Shown here piece after piece: positions 21,194-31,257 of a stretch of 64,000 nt of DNA. The stretch's first letter is position 1; each line of letters begins with the position of its first letter. The notes below the pieces were generated by a model that had not been told where the DNA came from, ran no database searches, and worked only from the letters and a program-made list of their open reading frames with translations. The DNA is taken from the NCBI GenBank assembly GCA_963765765.1, contig CAVXYC010000023.1, forward strand, positions 224,001-288,000, given 5' to 3'. The DNA comes from an uncultured Chloroflexia bacterium (GTDB lineage Bacteria; Chloroflexota; UBA6077; JACCZL01). A program made the position numbers and the translations under genes.

Positions 21194-22534
21194 TTACGGT
21201 TGCAGCGTGGCTTCAGAAATGATGAGTCCTTTGCCGCAGGCAGGATCGTCTGAGCTCTCCGGCCCGCCCTCGCTGCGTTGAAGAACATAGCGCCAGATCT
21301 GGCGCTTCGGCTCAATGTCTTCATCTGAGCCATTCGAGTGTCGGATTTTCCCACCCCATCGTTCTTCCACAATGGCGAGTAATCCAGATTTGAAGGCGTC
21401 AGGCTGAGCTTCGCTCATACTTTGAACTTGCACCTTCCGGGTCAATCGAGCATCCAGGACGTCGCCCAGGGCACGAAGATTCTGAAGCTGTTGCCGACGC
21501 GCGGAAAGTGCTGCGCCAGAGTAGGCGCATTCCAGATCGGAGATCGGGCGAGTGGCGTCTCTGCCTAGTCTGACCCATGTTTGGGCAGCGTGCGCCACGG
21601 ACTGAGCGACAAGCGGCTCCATCAGCTCGCGCGGACCGACGGCAGTTGCCGGCGATGCACATTCGTCAGGCCCGTTGCGTGGCGCGATACAGAGCTGTAT
21701 GCCTTGATCAGAGAACAACCAGTTGGTCGCCGAATCGGGGACTGTATAAATCGCGTAACTGCCAGGCGTCTGATCTCGATCCGTATCCCAGACGTACGTC
21801 GCGTTGCCGTGTTCGTCGCTGTTCACACTGACAAGTGGGCGATCGAATAGCGCAAATGCCCCAAGCGCGTTGCTCTCCACAAGTCGGAAAAGGAGCAATG
21901 CCACATCTTGATTCGCGGGAAAGCCCGTCATTCGAATATTGAGGCGAGCTCCGGCCCGGCCGGTTGGCAGGAGTTCAGTAGGCGCATCGGGCCCCTCGCG
22001 CCCCCAGCCCGCTGCTACCAGAGGTGCTCCGGTGCGTGCGGTTACTTTGGCCGGAAACTCCGCAACGTTCGTACCCTGACGCATCAGCAGCACGGCGTTG
22101 CCCAGAGACGCATCCAGCGGTATCCACCAGAAGACCACATCTGCTTCATCATGCACCGGTGTAAGCTCTCGGCCGTCTGCGAGTCGGAGAGAAAACGTTG
22201 GTCGCGGCTGACTGGCCCATCCTCGTGCCTCGAGCGCGGCATCGCGATTCACACGCATGATCTGGTTTTGCGAAACCTCGCATGGTGCCTCGTAGCCTGC
22301 GTCGCTGGTCACGCCGCAGCCCCGCCCGATGACCCCGCTCGCCCCGCCGCCGGCCCAGTTCAATAGCAGCGCTAAGTCGTCCAACACCTCGTCGGGGACG
22401 TCTTCTTCGTTACCGTCCTGGTCCATCGGCGCCGCGGCGGCGATTCCAGGCCTTCCGTCAAGCCATTGAGCCTGGAACGGCGCGAGACCAAGGAACACGA
22501 GAAGAATTATCAGGATCGGACGGATGGCGCACAT
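21194..22534 (-). CDS. secreted hypothetical protein with possible ARC6/IMS-like C-terminal domain
   Basis: Signal-like ILIILLVFLGLAPFQA; Ig-like middle region (GFPANQDV..PGSYAI); C-terminal L..AYSGAAL....L..LRA.G...VEERW pattern; several Cys. Confidence 0.6.
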   Translation of the reverse strand: MCAIRPILIILLVFLGLAPFQAQWLDGRPGIAAAAPMDQDGNEEDVPDEVLDDLALLLNWAGGGASGVIGRGCGVTSDAGYEAPCEVSQNQIMRVNRDAALEARGWASQPRPTFSLRLADGRELTPVHDEADVVFWWIPLDASLGNAVLLMRQGTNVAEFPAKVTARTGAPLVAAGWGREGPDAPTELLPTGRAGARLNIRMTGFPANQDVALLLFRLVESNALGAFALFDRPLVSVNSDEHGNATYVWDTDRDQTPGSYAIYTVPDSATNWLFSDQGIQLCIAPRNGPDECASPATAVGPRELMEPLVAQSVAHAAQTWVRLGRDATRPISDLECAYSGAALSARRQQLQNLRALGDVLDARLTRKVQVQSMSEAQPDAFKSGLLAIVEERWGGKIRHSNGSDEDIEPKRQIWRYVLQRSEGGPESSDDPACGKGLIISEATLQP

Positions 22535-22553
22535 AATATCGTTCCAATCATGG

Positions 22554-25299
22554 CTATAAGCCCTGCTTCCCAAGGTCGAAGCCGGTCTGAAATTGCTGTT
22601 GGCAAGCACGCTCACTCGCGACCGGAGGTAGGTCTGCCCCGCTTCTCGCTACGGTCCCGATATGAGCGTGGACGCGTCCCAGATTTCGGCAGAACAGATA
22701 ACGTCGCTCTGCTTCCCCGCCCATTTCGCGGGCGGACTGGATGCTGCTGAGCTCAATGGCCGAAGTAAAGGCTCTGGCCGCGGCTTCGTAATCTTCATCA
22801 ATCAGCGTGATGGCGCCATTCATGGCGTGTGCCTCGATCGCCCAATCCTTCAAACGGCTGTCTCTTGGATCGGCCGGCGTAGGCGTCGACGACTCGCTGC
22901 AACTCACGGCGAGCATCGGCTGAGCTGTAGCCCTCCAGTCCCGCGCGGGACAAACAGTACGTGGCGCGACCAATCCCAAAGTGCACCTTCGGCTCGATAT
23001 TCGCGATCGGCGTCTGGTGCTTCGATGCTAGCGCTCGCCTATACAGGTCGATTGCCGATTTCAAGCCATCAATGTCGACGGCCGGCGAGTTTCTGGGACA
23101 GGAGCCGGCAGATTGAAGAAAGGTCACTTCCGCCAATCCGACGTAGGCGCGCGCAAACTCGCGATCGAGCTCCAGCGATTGCTCGTAATGTGCGCGAGCG
23201 CTTTCGAATAGTGCGCGCCTTTGACCGAGGCCGGCCGACGCGGCGGCCTGCTTACTATCGAGATCGCCCATCAGCAACAGCAGTGTCTCGAGGCCGTGCG
23301 TGCCTTGTGACGAGAGATTCTCGGCAGATAGGTCCAAGCCCGACGCATCTACTGAGTCCTTGAAGTTCGATGACGCCTCTTCGTAACTCCGAGTGGCGAA
23401 TGCGTTGACACCCAGAATGAACTGGACGAGCGATCGCGTGGATTGGGCGAGCCGTTGCTGAAGCTCTTGCTGATCGTTGACGCTAACAAAGAGGTTGGCG
23501 TCCGGCCGAAATCGAATATCGCCAAAGGCGTAGAAACCGGGGTCAATGGTATTCAGGCCCTGGCGACCTGAGACGAATATCTCCGGAAGAAATCGCTTCC
23601 CACCTTCAATGACCTTGCCTGAGACGATGAGATCCGCCTGAATGCTGGATGCCAGCTTCTCCGCTGCTTTCTCACGCTCGCTGGTGGTTGCTCCCGTGAT
23701 GCGTCCAGTCAACTCTGGCCCACGGATCTCCACCGCGCTCCCAGCCACCGAGGCCGCCGCCTGATCCAGGGGAGCGCGTCGTTCGTTCAGCTCAGCCGCA
23801 AATCGGCTGGCCAGCTCCGCGCCGCGATCCCACGGTTTCACTGCTTCACCATCACCAGCCTGGCCGAATTCCGCCACGGCGATGTTCATGCTGCCGCCCA
23901 TCACCGGAAGCGGTTCAGGAAAGAGGACTGGCCACAGTGAAGGCAGGCCAAGGGCGAGCATCGCCGCCAGGGTGACCGACGCCACCACCGTTCCGATCAC
24001 GGACGTTCGCTCATGCATCCAGGGCAGACACGTCTTCCAGGTAAGTGGAATGGGCGGTGGGGATGGGACGTCGAAGCGAATGGCCTCACCGGCGGCCAAA
24101 TAGCACGTGGGAATGCCCGTGAGCGGGTCCGGCGAAGTGCTCCCCCGTGACCGTCGTCTGACGGCGGCGGCAAGGGCGAGATCCACCGGTGCGCCATCCA
24201 GCACCGCCGAATAGAAGGTGCGAAAGGTCCGCGCGTCCTGCTCTTCAATGCCCTTCAGAGGCACGCCAATGACGGCGGCCAGGTCTTGCTCCAGCAGGGC
24301 CGGCCCGCTCCGAACCAGGGTTTCCGATGTGGATGAGCTCGGTGATGGGGCTGTGGAGAATGCCGCGACTTGCACACCGTATCGCTGCATCAGCGCCCCG
24401 AGCAGCGTAAGCGACCACGTATCGTCGCCCTCGGCAGTACCAAGTACGTGGATAACGTCCAGGGAGCACTCCGGGCCAGCCGCGTCGACGATCGCGTTCT
24501 CAAGGGCCTCAGTGTTCGACGGGGCGGAGCGCGTCAGTACAAGTCTCCGTGCGTGCTCCATATCCGCGACGGAACGCTCCATGGCGGCGGCATTGATCGC
24601 TATTTGATCCGCCCCCCGATGTTGACTCTGTACATCCACCACGAGCACGCGAAAGGGCGAGAGCGTCGCAATCGGTCCGACGTTTCGGGATTTGGCGCTG
24701 TCGTCGGTACTCCGAACGACCGTTCCGCGCTGAAGAAGCCACTGCGTAGACTCCTCATTCCAGAGCAGCTCCCAGGGAAGCTCATTGAGCGCCGCGTCAT
24801 GGAGATGAAGCCGCAAACGGATGAGGTTCGGTCGATCCTGACACAGTCTGTACAGCTTGAGCAGTGGTGGGGTGAACAGTGCGCGAAACAGGCGCTCCCC
24901 GTACGCGCGGGCATCGGCATTTAGCTCGCCGCGCCGCCGAGCCGCGCGGGCACCGATCAGCTCCAGCTCGGAGAAAGGAGAACGGAAGGTCGAGACCGTT
25001 GGGCGGCGCTCATCACCAATATTGCTGATGACAACGTATTCACCGGCCACTCTTTGCTCGAAACGGACATCGAGCTCCTGGACGCCGGCTTCGGATCCTA
25101 CGATGAGCGTACCGACGACATTGTTCTGGTCGCCTGTGACGATGATGGAGTCCACCACGTCACCGCTCACGGTCACGCTGCCGTCGCCCAGCGGTGGCTC
25201 ACTCAACGCCCTGGCGACGTCAGGATCGGCGACGAGCGGCTTAGGAGACGAAGGCATTCCCACCTGGGAATCGATGTCTTTGCGGTCGGGCTGGTTCAT
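22554..25299 (-). CDS. N-terminal amyloid-like motif - degenerate CHAT domain - TM - TPR protein (C-terminal frameshift near 22870)
   Basis: YGERLFRALF..RLRLHL..LNELPWELL, PFRVLVV, DARTFRTFYSAVLDGAPVDLALAAA (CHAT); TM ~23930-24000; NIAVAEFG domain; TPRs (YEQSLELDREFARAYVGLA). Confidence 0.82.
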
Positions 25300-25308
25300 T
25301 GAGCACCG

Positions 25309-25746
25309 TTACTCTGATAGGCGGTTACGGTCACCCGTGACGATGGTGCTCCCCTGGACGGACCCGCCTACCGCTACACTTCGCTCTCCACCGGCTGACA
25401 CGTTCACCGTTCCAGCATCGCCCTTTGCGCGCTCCAGCAGTCCCTGAAGGTCCCCGGCTAACTCAGTATCATCTGTCAGAAGCTTTCTAAGCTGTATTCG
25501 CAACGCGGCCTGATAGTCGGCGTCCTCGGGGTTGGCGGCGGCGTCTTTCACCGCCTCATCGGCCGCTGGAGCAGAGCTCACCTTGGGAAAGAGTCGAGCC
25601 CATAGAGCCTCGGCAAGAGAGCTTTTCTGCTTATCAACCTGGTCGGCAACGCCTTCTGCAATGGCCTGACCGGACTTGATGAGCTGGGGCAAAAACGGCG
25701 TCAGAATAGCCGCGAGCTGCGTCGCCAGCGGCGCTAGAGTATCCAT
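25309..25746 (-). CDS. Bell-like helical protein with C-terminal BASS-type amyloid signalling motif (145 aa)
   Basis: SD AAAGGG; LAAILTPFLPQLIKSG..AE..LWARL..P.DAD.QAALR.QLRKLL..D..LA helical domain; tail VSAGGERSVAVGGSVQGSTIVTGDRN. Confidence 0.78.
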   Translation of the reverse strand: MDTLAPLATQLAAILTPFLPQLIKSGQAIAEGVADQVDKQKSSLAEALWARLFPKVSSAPAADEAVKDAAANPEDADYQAALRIQLRKLLTDDTELAGDLQGLLERAKGDAGTVNVSAGGERSVAVGGSVQGSTIVTGDRNRLSE

Positions 25747-26012
25747 CGCATCCAACCCTTTCTCGTGCCAGTGAAGAGCGGGGGGTAACGCGACACGTTC
25801 CACCTCGTGGTGCGTTGCGCGCACAGTACCTGTGGCGGCGGGAGGTGTCAAGCACAGTTGGCCTAGTTGATTGTCGGAGCGGAGGAGCCGCCACGACCTT
25901 CCTCTCCTTGGACTGCGGCGGTCTTCGCCGCTTTCGATTAGCGCAAAGCGTGTCCGCATTCGGCTTCCAGCCGGCGAGAAAGCGGCGACCGCCGCAGTCC
26001 AAAGTCTGAGTT

Positions 26013-27274
26013 TCAGGCGCGTTGAACTCCGCCCCTGGGCAAGTAGAAACGGGCTCCCAGCGCCAGAAGAATGAGAGCACCAGCCATGAGCGCCGTGGTG
26101 ATCGGTGCTCCGATCATTGCCGTGCCAGCCCCTGCCATCAGCGTGCCGAGTGGCACTGCCGCTCGATCCAGGAACAATGTACTCAACACTCGACCACGGA
26201 ATTCCTCATCCACGGTCTCCTGAATCAATGTGTTATTCAGGGCGTTGTAGAGCTGCCGAAAGGTACCCACGACGACGATTGCAATAGCCGAGAGCCAGAC
26301 CCAGGGCGAGAGCGCAAATATCGCCAGCGTAACCCCGAACCCCACTAGCCCAATGAACATCAGCCGACGGCGCCCACGTTGTATGCCGAGCGAAGCAACG
26401 ACGAGTGCTCCCACCACAGCTCCAAGTCCATTGCAGGCAGTAAGAAAACCAAGACCCTGGCTGCCGATCTGCAGCACGTCCTTGGCGAAAATGGTCAGCA
26501 TGCTCGAGTACGGCATGCCAAAGACCATCGGGATCAAGGCGAGTAGTACCAACCCGCGAATGTTGGGACGACTCCAGATGTAGTGACACCCCCGGTGAGG
26601 TCCTCGAGGACACCTCGGTGCTTCCTTCGCGTCTGCGGAGGAAACTGCATCATTGTCAGACCACAGAGTACCGCCACAAAACTCAGCGCATTGACATAGA
26701 AAGCTCCTGCCACGCCGATGTAGGCGATCAAGATGCCGCCGATTGCTGGCCCCACGATCCGGGTGGAATTATTTGTGGCCGCGTGGAGCGCTACCGCGTT
26801 CATGAGGTCCTCACGCGGAACGAGGTCTGAAATCAGTGACTGACGGGCAGGCTGATTAAACGACATCATCATGCCGCGCCCGAAGGCCACTATCAGGACC
26901 ATCCAGAACTGAACGATCCCAGTTGACACGACAATGGCCAGGAGCAGGGCCAGCAGCATTGCCACGGTCTGGGTAGTGATGAGAAGACGCCGTCGTGGCC
27001 AGCGGTCGGCCACGACTCCGCCGACTAATGTGAACAAGAGGACTGGGATCATTCGAATGGCGTTCATGACACCCAGGGCAAGGGCGGATCCGGTGATGTC
27101 GTACACCAGCCAGTTCAACGCAATCTGGTCCATCCAGTCGCCTGAAGACGACGCCATGGTGCCAAACCAGTGAAGCCGATAGTTCCGGTGTTGGAGGGAG
27201 GCGAACGTCTTGCGTACGCCGCGCACCCGCTCATTCTGGTCCTTGATTTGAGCGGGCGGCTCTCCTGTGATCAA
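26013..27274 (-). CDS. MFS transporter (MFS_3/EntS-like; frameshifted)
   Basis: FASLQHRNYRL.W.G...S..GDWM, GGVVADRWPRRRLL, FNQPARQSLISDLV, FRGRVLS. Confidence 0.9.
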
Positions 27275-27450
27275 TGGCTAACTCCTCAACGAATCCGATT
27301 ATCTACCGCGCGTGCATTTGAGGGATAGGGCGAAGGTCCGAGTACGTACAGCGGCGTCCTGGTTATTTCGCCCTACGATCTTCCACGGGATAACTCGACC
27401 GTTCAGCTCGGAATCACTACCATGACAAGATCCGCGACGGGAGATATCGC

Positions 27451-28302
27451 ATGACCACCATATCGGCGCCGACGAGTCGAATGCTGACAGTGAATGGGTT
27501 AGAGCTTCATCACCTGGACTGGGGCAATGCCGATGCTCCGGCCCTTGTATGTGTCCATGGCCTACGCGGTAACGCTCATGCGTTTGATGGATTTGCCCGG
27601 CGATTCGCCGATCGCTACCACGTGATCTCTCTGGATGTACGCGGACGCGGTGACAGCGCCTGGTCACCTGACGGCAAGTACCAGATGAGCGACTATGCCT
27701 CTGACCTTGCCCGGCGTCGTCGATCAGCTTGGGCTCCAAACGTTCAGCTACATTGGCACGTCGATGGGCGGACGTATTGGTATGACATACGCGGCGACCA
27801 AGGAGATCGCCTCACCCGATTCATCCTCAACGACATCGGTCCTGACGGAGAGGCCGGATCCGATCGAATCACTCGGGAAGCGGGCAAAGCGCCCGATTCC
27901 TTCGAGAGTTACGAGGAAGCCGTGGGCTACCTCAGAGACACGGCCGGCGCGGCCTCGCGGATGTCCGAGGAAGCGCTGCAGGAGCGCGCCAAGCATACCT
28001 TCAAGCAGCGCGATGACGGCCGATGGATCGCGAAGAACGATCCCGAATTCCTTCGGCAGCGCGCCGCCGCCGGCACGGCTCACGATCCCGCGGTGCTCTG
28101 GAAGGCTCTAGCTGAGCTACCCTGCCCGGCGCTTTTACTTCGCGGCACGGTCAGTGACGTTCTCTCAGAAGCTCAAGCGCAAAAGATCGTTCAAACATTG
28201 CGTAACGGCACGCTGGCGCACGTTCCAGACGTAGGCCACACACCGACGCTCGATGAGCCCGAGTCCGTGGAAGCGCTGGAGAAGTTCTTGGGGAACCCGT
28301 AG
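27451..28302 (+). CDS. alpha/beta fold hydrolase (internal compensating frameshifts)
   Basis: VCVHGL, DVRGRGDS, GTSMGG nucleophile elbow (alternative frame), VGHTP. Confidence 0.9.
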   Translation: MTTISAPTSRMLTVNGLELHHLDWGNADAPALVCVHGLRGNAHAFDGFARRFADRYHVISLDVRGRGDSAWSPDGKYQMSDYASDLARRRRSAWAPNVQLHWHVDGRTYWYDIRGDQGDRLTRFILNDIGPDGEAGSDRITREAGKAPDSFESYEEAVGYLRDTAGAASRMSEEALQERAKHTFKQRDDGRWIAKNDPEFLRQRAAAGTAHDPAVLWKALAELPCPALLLRGTVSDVLSEAQAQKIVQTLRNGTLAHVPDVGHTPTLDEPESVEALEKFLGNP

Positions 28303-28391
28303 TACCCTGGGACCCATTCTTGCCCTCCGACGAGTGGCACAACTAGGATGGACGCAGGATGCCCGTCACGTCTGGTTCGTGGAGGTCGTAG

Positions 28392-29447
28392 GTGCAAACC
28401 AGTTCATCGAGTGGGATCTCCGCTGGAAATGGGCACGTAGGCGAGCAGGCGTCTGTCGTCGACTCGCGTCACCGACGGCTCGGGCTCTCCGATGACGACA
28501 TCGTTACGATGTATCGGCAGATGATGCTGGCGCGGAAGATGAGTGAGCGCTGGTCGGGCCTGGCGGTGCAGGGCAAGGCTGCTATCGCCATCCCGTGCGA
28601 CGGGCACGAAGCCGCGCAGGTTGGCACCACCTGGGCGCTCCGCAAGACCGACATCTTTTTCCCCTATTACCGCAGCACGGCCGCGGTGCTCGCGCGGGGA
28701 ATGACACCCGCGGAAATGTTTCTGGACATCTTCGCTCGTCGTGATGGACCAAGCTCCGGAGGCCGGCAGATGCCCGGGCACTGGACGAGTCCGAGCTTGC
28801 GCATGCTGACATCCGGTAGCTCGGTGGGAACCAAGATTCCGCATGCCGTGGGCGCCGCGTTAGCGACGAAGCTGCGGCGCGAGGATGATGTAACGGTCGT
28901 CTATTTTGGCGAGGGCGCGAGCAGCAAGGGCGATTTTCACGAAGGACTTAACTTTGCTGGGATCCATCACCTTCCGGTCATCTTCGTGTGCGAGAACAAT
29001 CGCTATGCGATCTCAGTGCCCTTTGAGCTGCAATCAGCGGTGCCAAGCGTGGCTGGCCGAGGCGCAAGCTACAACATCCCGGGTTTGCCGATTGACGGCA
29101 TGGACATTCTGACCGTCTACGAAACCATGAAAGAAGCGGTAGACCGAGCGCGTGGTCACCGTGGGCCTACACTCATCGAATGCCGTGTCTACCGATTCGG
29201 TTTTCACACGAGCCACGTGGGGCGTGAAGACTTCCGAACCAAGGAAGAGATCCAGGCTGCCCGTGCGCGTGATCCCCTGCCACGTTGCAAGGCCTATCTC
29301 GAGAGCGTTGGTCTGTGGGACGATCACCGCGAGGAGGCGTACTTGAAGGAGGTCAAGTTAGAGCTTGACGCTGCCGTGGATGCGGCGGAGGCGGCGCCTG
29401 TTCCGGATGCCGCGGCTGCGCTCGATCACATCACAGGTTCGGTGTAG
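28392..29447 (+). CDS. TPP-dependent 2-oxoacid dehydrogenase E1 alpha subunit
   Basis: GHEAAQVG, GGRQMPGH, FGEGASSKGDFHEGLNFAG..LPVIFVCENN. Confidence 0.92.
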   Translation: MQTSSSSGISAGNGHVGEQASVVDSRHRRLGLSDDDIVTMYRQMMLARKMSERWSGLAVQGKAAIAIPCDGHEAAQVGTTWALRKTDIFFPYYRSTAAVLARGMTPAEMFLDIFARRDGPSSGGRQMPGHWTSPSLRMLTSGSSVGTKIPHAVGAALATKLRREDDVTVVYFGEGASSKGDFHEGLNFAGIHHLPVIFVCENNRYAISVPFELQSAVPSVAGRGASYNIPGLPIDGMDILTVYETMKEAVDRARGHRGPTLIECRVYRFGFHTSHVGREDFRTKEEIQAARARDPLPRCKAYLESVGLWDDHREEAYLKEVKLELDAAVDAAEAAPVPDAAAALDHITGSV

Positions 29448-29940
29448 TGCCCCTGGCGCAATCACCGGTCGCGATGGAAAGTTGCCCTGCTACGCTGGAT
29501 CCTCAACTGTAATTCCCTCTTCCTGCATCACTTCTTCCGGGATCTCGGTCATTTCGAGAACTTCTTCAGTTTCCTGAGTCATTGGTATGCCTGCCCTTCT
29601 GGGTGATGAGACGGAGAATACGGCTCAAGGTTGCATCGATTAAACCCCCTCATGCTGTTCAAGCACCGTCTGGCGCAGCGCCGATACCGTCTGGCGATCA
29701 TTTCAGACCATCTGGCGATGTACAGAAGCGTTCCGTAACTCGGCAACGTACCATATGAGTGTTCAGCAGCGTGCTGAGCAAGACCCTCTCTAGACCCCCA
29801 CCCCCTCCAAGAGCGCGGGCCGAGTTCGCAAGAACTCGGCCCTTGCGCTTTTCTGTCCACCAAATCTCCCCGATTTGACTACCGGGTGTCTGTGCCGCCT
29901 CGATATACTGGGTCGTTACGCATCGGCCAGGGGGTAGGTC

Positions 29941-31032
29941 ATGCCGCAGACGATCCGCGTTGCCAGCTTCAACACCGAGAATCTCTTCAGTCGGGCCAAG
30001 GTGCTCAACTTCCCGGATGACGCGGAGATTTCCACAGAGCTCGAGAAGATTCGCGAGCTCGATAGTCTGCTGCGTAAGTCCGTCTACGATGCCGCTATCA
30101 AGAAGCGAATCATCGTCCTCTACGGCGAGCTGAGGACGTTTATCGAAATTCGCGAGAATCGCGGTCGCTTGTTCAGCAGCCGTCAATTCAACCCCGCGAC
30201 CACCCGGGTTGTAGCGCGCGGCGCGGCGGAATGGGACGGGGAGATCTGTTTCAAGCGCGCCGAGTTCTCAGAGCTTACCCGTGAGAACACAGCGCGCGTG
30301 CTGAAGGAGATCAAACCCAACGTGCTTTGCCTCGTTGAGGTTGAGAACCGCGAGAGTCTCCTCGCGTTCAATCGCGCCCTGCTCGGCACTCGCAAACTGA
30401 AATACGGCATGTCCATTGACGGAAATGACGATCGTGGAATCGATGTGGCCGTGTTGACAAACTTTCCGATCGTGAGACTCAAGACCCACGTGTACGATGG
30501 AACGGCGACTTCACCGACGTTCAGTCGCGATTGTCTTGAAGTCGCCATGCAATTGCCAGATGGTCGCTTGCTGCACATCCTCTGTAATCATTTCAAGAGC
30601 AAGTCCGGCGGCGATGCGGCCACCGACCCCAAGCGTACGAAGCAGGCGACCCGAGTGAAGGAGATTCTCGACGAGTACGACCTTGCCAACGATCTCGTGA
30701 TCGTCGCCGGGGACTTCAACGACATGCCCACCCGGCCGCCGCTTCAGCCACTACTGACGATGCCTCTGCTGCACGATGTGCTAGCCCTGCAGTTTCCCAC
30801 TGACCTGGCGGCGCGATGGACCCACCACTTTGACTCCGAGGTCTCGCAGCTCGACTACATTCTCGTCTCGGAGCCACTCAAGAACGCGTTGGTGAAAGCT
30901 GGCGTCGAGCGACGCGGGATCTTTGGTCTCAAAGCCCTCACCAACGGCGCTCAGGATTCCTTCCCAACCGTGACTAGCGAGGCGAATAGCGCCTCGGATC
31001 ACGGAGCGGTGTGGGCTGAGTTTTCGGTGTGA
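29941..31032 (+). CDS. endonuclease/exonuclease/phosphatase family protein
   Basis: SFNTENLF, LVEVEN, NHFKSK, GDFND, LDYIL, SDH. Confidence 0.9.
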   Translation: MPQTIRVASFNTENLFSRAKVLNFPDDAEISTELEKIRELDSLLRKSVYDAAIKKRIIVLYGELRTFIEIRENRGRLFSSRQFNPATTRVVARGAAEWDGEICFKRAEFSELTRENTARVLKEIKPNVLCLVEVENRESLLAFNRALLGTRKLKYGMSIDGNDDRGIDVAVLTNFPIVRLKTHVYDGTATSPTFSRDCLEVAMQLPDGRLLHILCNHFKSKSGGDAATDPKRTKQATRVKEILDEYDLANDLVIVAGDFNDMPTRPPLQPLLTMPLLHDVLALQFPTDLAARWTHHFDSEVSQLDYILVSEPLKNALVKAGVERRGIFGLKALTNGAQDSFPTVTSEANSASDHGAVWAEFSV

Positions 31033-31257
31033 GAAGACGAGAGGCGGTCAGAGGTCAAGGAGTGGTTCCGAAGTCCGCGTCCATCACTGACCTCTACCCG
31101 GATTATTCACCGGAGTTCGGAGCAGGCGAAATTGTCGAAACTGCTCCTTGCGGCAACCCGCATCACAACGCAACAGCGGCACAGGAAGCTGCTCCGAACC
31201 GCTATTGCGAGTCGGTCTCATTACCGGTGAATAATCCGGGCTAGCCCTCTCGTCCAC

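Noticed and set aside
21136-21372. N-terminal extension of the NTF2 ORF
   Set aside because: It overlaps the upstream gene's 3' end, and a good SD precedes the ATG at 21135.
25747-25959. N-terminal 71-aa extension of the Bell-like ORF
   Set aside because: Composition is not protein-like, and the SD supports a start at 25746.
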